Positions 63,476 to 64,000 of a stretch of DNA of 64,000 nt are shown here, piece after piece (positions within the stretch are counted from its first letter, which is position 1; every line of letters begins with the position of its first letter). A model generated the notes under the pieces. The model had not been told where the DNA came from. It searched no databases and worked only from the letters and a program-made list of their open reading frames with translations. The DNA comes from Spirochaetales bacterium (GTDB lineage Bacteria; Spirochaetota; Spirochaetia; JABEVK01), in assembly GCA_037142615.1 (NCBI GenBank), contig JBAXAI010000004.1:32001-96000 (forward strand). Reading direction: 5' to 3'. Position numbers and translations under genes: made by a program.

Positions 63476-63485
63476 CGGCGGCTCC

Positions 63486-64000
63486 TTACTCGTTCACTTT
63501 CTTGAGGTAGGCCTGGCTGAACACGCTGTCGGCCAGTTTCTCGGGCGAGAAGTTCTCGATCTTGATCGTGGTCACTTCGCCTTTTTTCAGCTCGTCCTGG
63601 ATGCGGACCAACTGGGCGATGTACTTGCCTTCGACCGGAAGGTACTTGCCGTACATGCTGGTACGTAGCAGGCGGTCCGACAGCGAGTAGGCCTCGGCCT
63701 GCAGCAACAGCCCCGTCGCCTTGTCGACCCAGATTTTCTGCTTGGGGTAGGTGACTTCGTTGGTCTTGCCCTTGAGGGTCAGGATCCAGGTCTCCAGCTT
63801 GCCAAGGGCGCCGGTGGAAGAACCTTCGATCGTGTAGTCGCCGCTGAGGGTGCTGTTCTGAAAGTCGGAGTTCTTGGCGTTGGAGTCCTGGAAGTTCCCC
63901 GCTCCGGTCTGCTTGGCGAACTTGCCGCTCGAAGGATCGTAGAAGAAGATGTTGGTATCGATCTTCAGGTAGCCTTGGCCTTTGTTGATCTCGGGCTTGA
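63486..64000 (-). CDS. Outer-membrane lipoprotein-sorting (LolA-like) protein, 5' end outside the window
   Basis: Frame open to the window edge: KGQGYLKIDTNIFFYDP..FQDSNAKNSDF..VTYPKQKIWVDK..VFSQAYL. Confidence 0.8.
   Translation of the reverse strand, partial: KPEINKGQGYLKIDTNIFFYDPSSGKFAKQTGAGNFQDSNAKNSDFQNSTLSGDYTIEGSSTGALGKLETWILTLKGKTNEVTYPKQKIWVDKATGLLLQAEAYSLSDRLLRTSMYGKYLPVEGKYIAQLVRIQDELKKGEVTTIKIENFSPEKLADSVFSQAYLKKVNE

Overview
GC-rich bacterial chromosomal segment, most likely from a free-living spirochaete. The lineage call is an inference from the FliG paralogue with an N-terminal extension, the small membrane gene before rplM and the LolA-like sorting protein. The first ~20 kb is a signalling locus of two divergent chemosensory operons (2 MCPs, CheW proteins, CheB, CheR, 2 CheA-REC hybrids, no stand-alone CheY), and both operons end in class III nucleotide cyclases. 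The rightward operon carries a CheA whose Hpt lacks the phosphoacceptor His, followed by two translationally coupled cyclases with reciprocal catalytic defects, which suggests a C1/C2-type heterodimer. The rest is mostly housekeeping and energy metabolism: cyoABCD, a class III ribonucleotide reductase split so that the glycyl-radical domain is a separate protein fused to a CxxC redoxin, decayed gene remnants, fliG, MoxR/DUF58, recCBD, a NOX-like oxidoreductase, cydAB, a COG0523 GTPase, aroA, pullulanase, rplM-rpsI, Re-citrate synthase and rsgA with a putative leader peptide. Many genes appear to be leaderless. No CRISPR array, rRNA, tRNA or transposase was seen. All family calls come from motif recognition by eye; no database searches were run.
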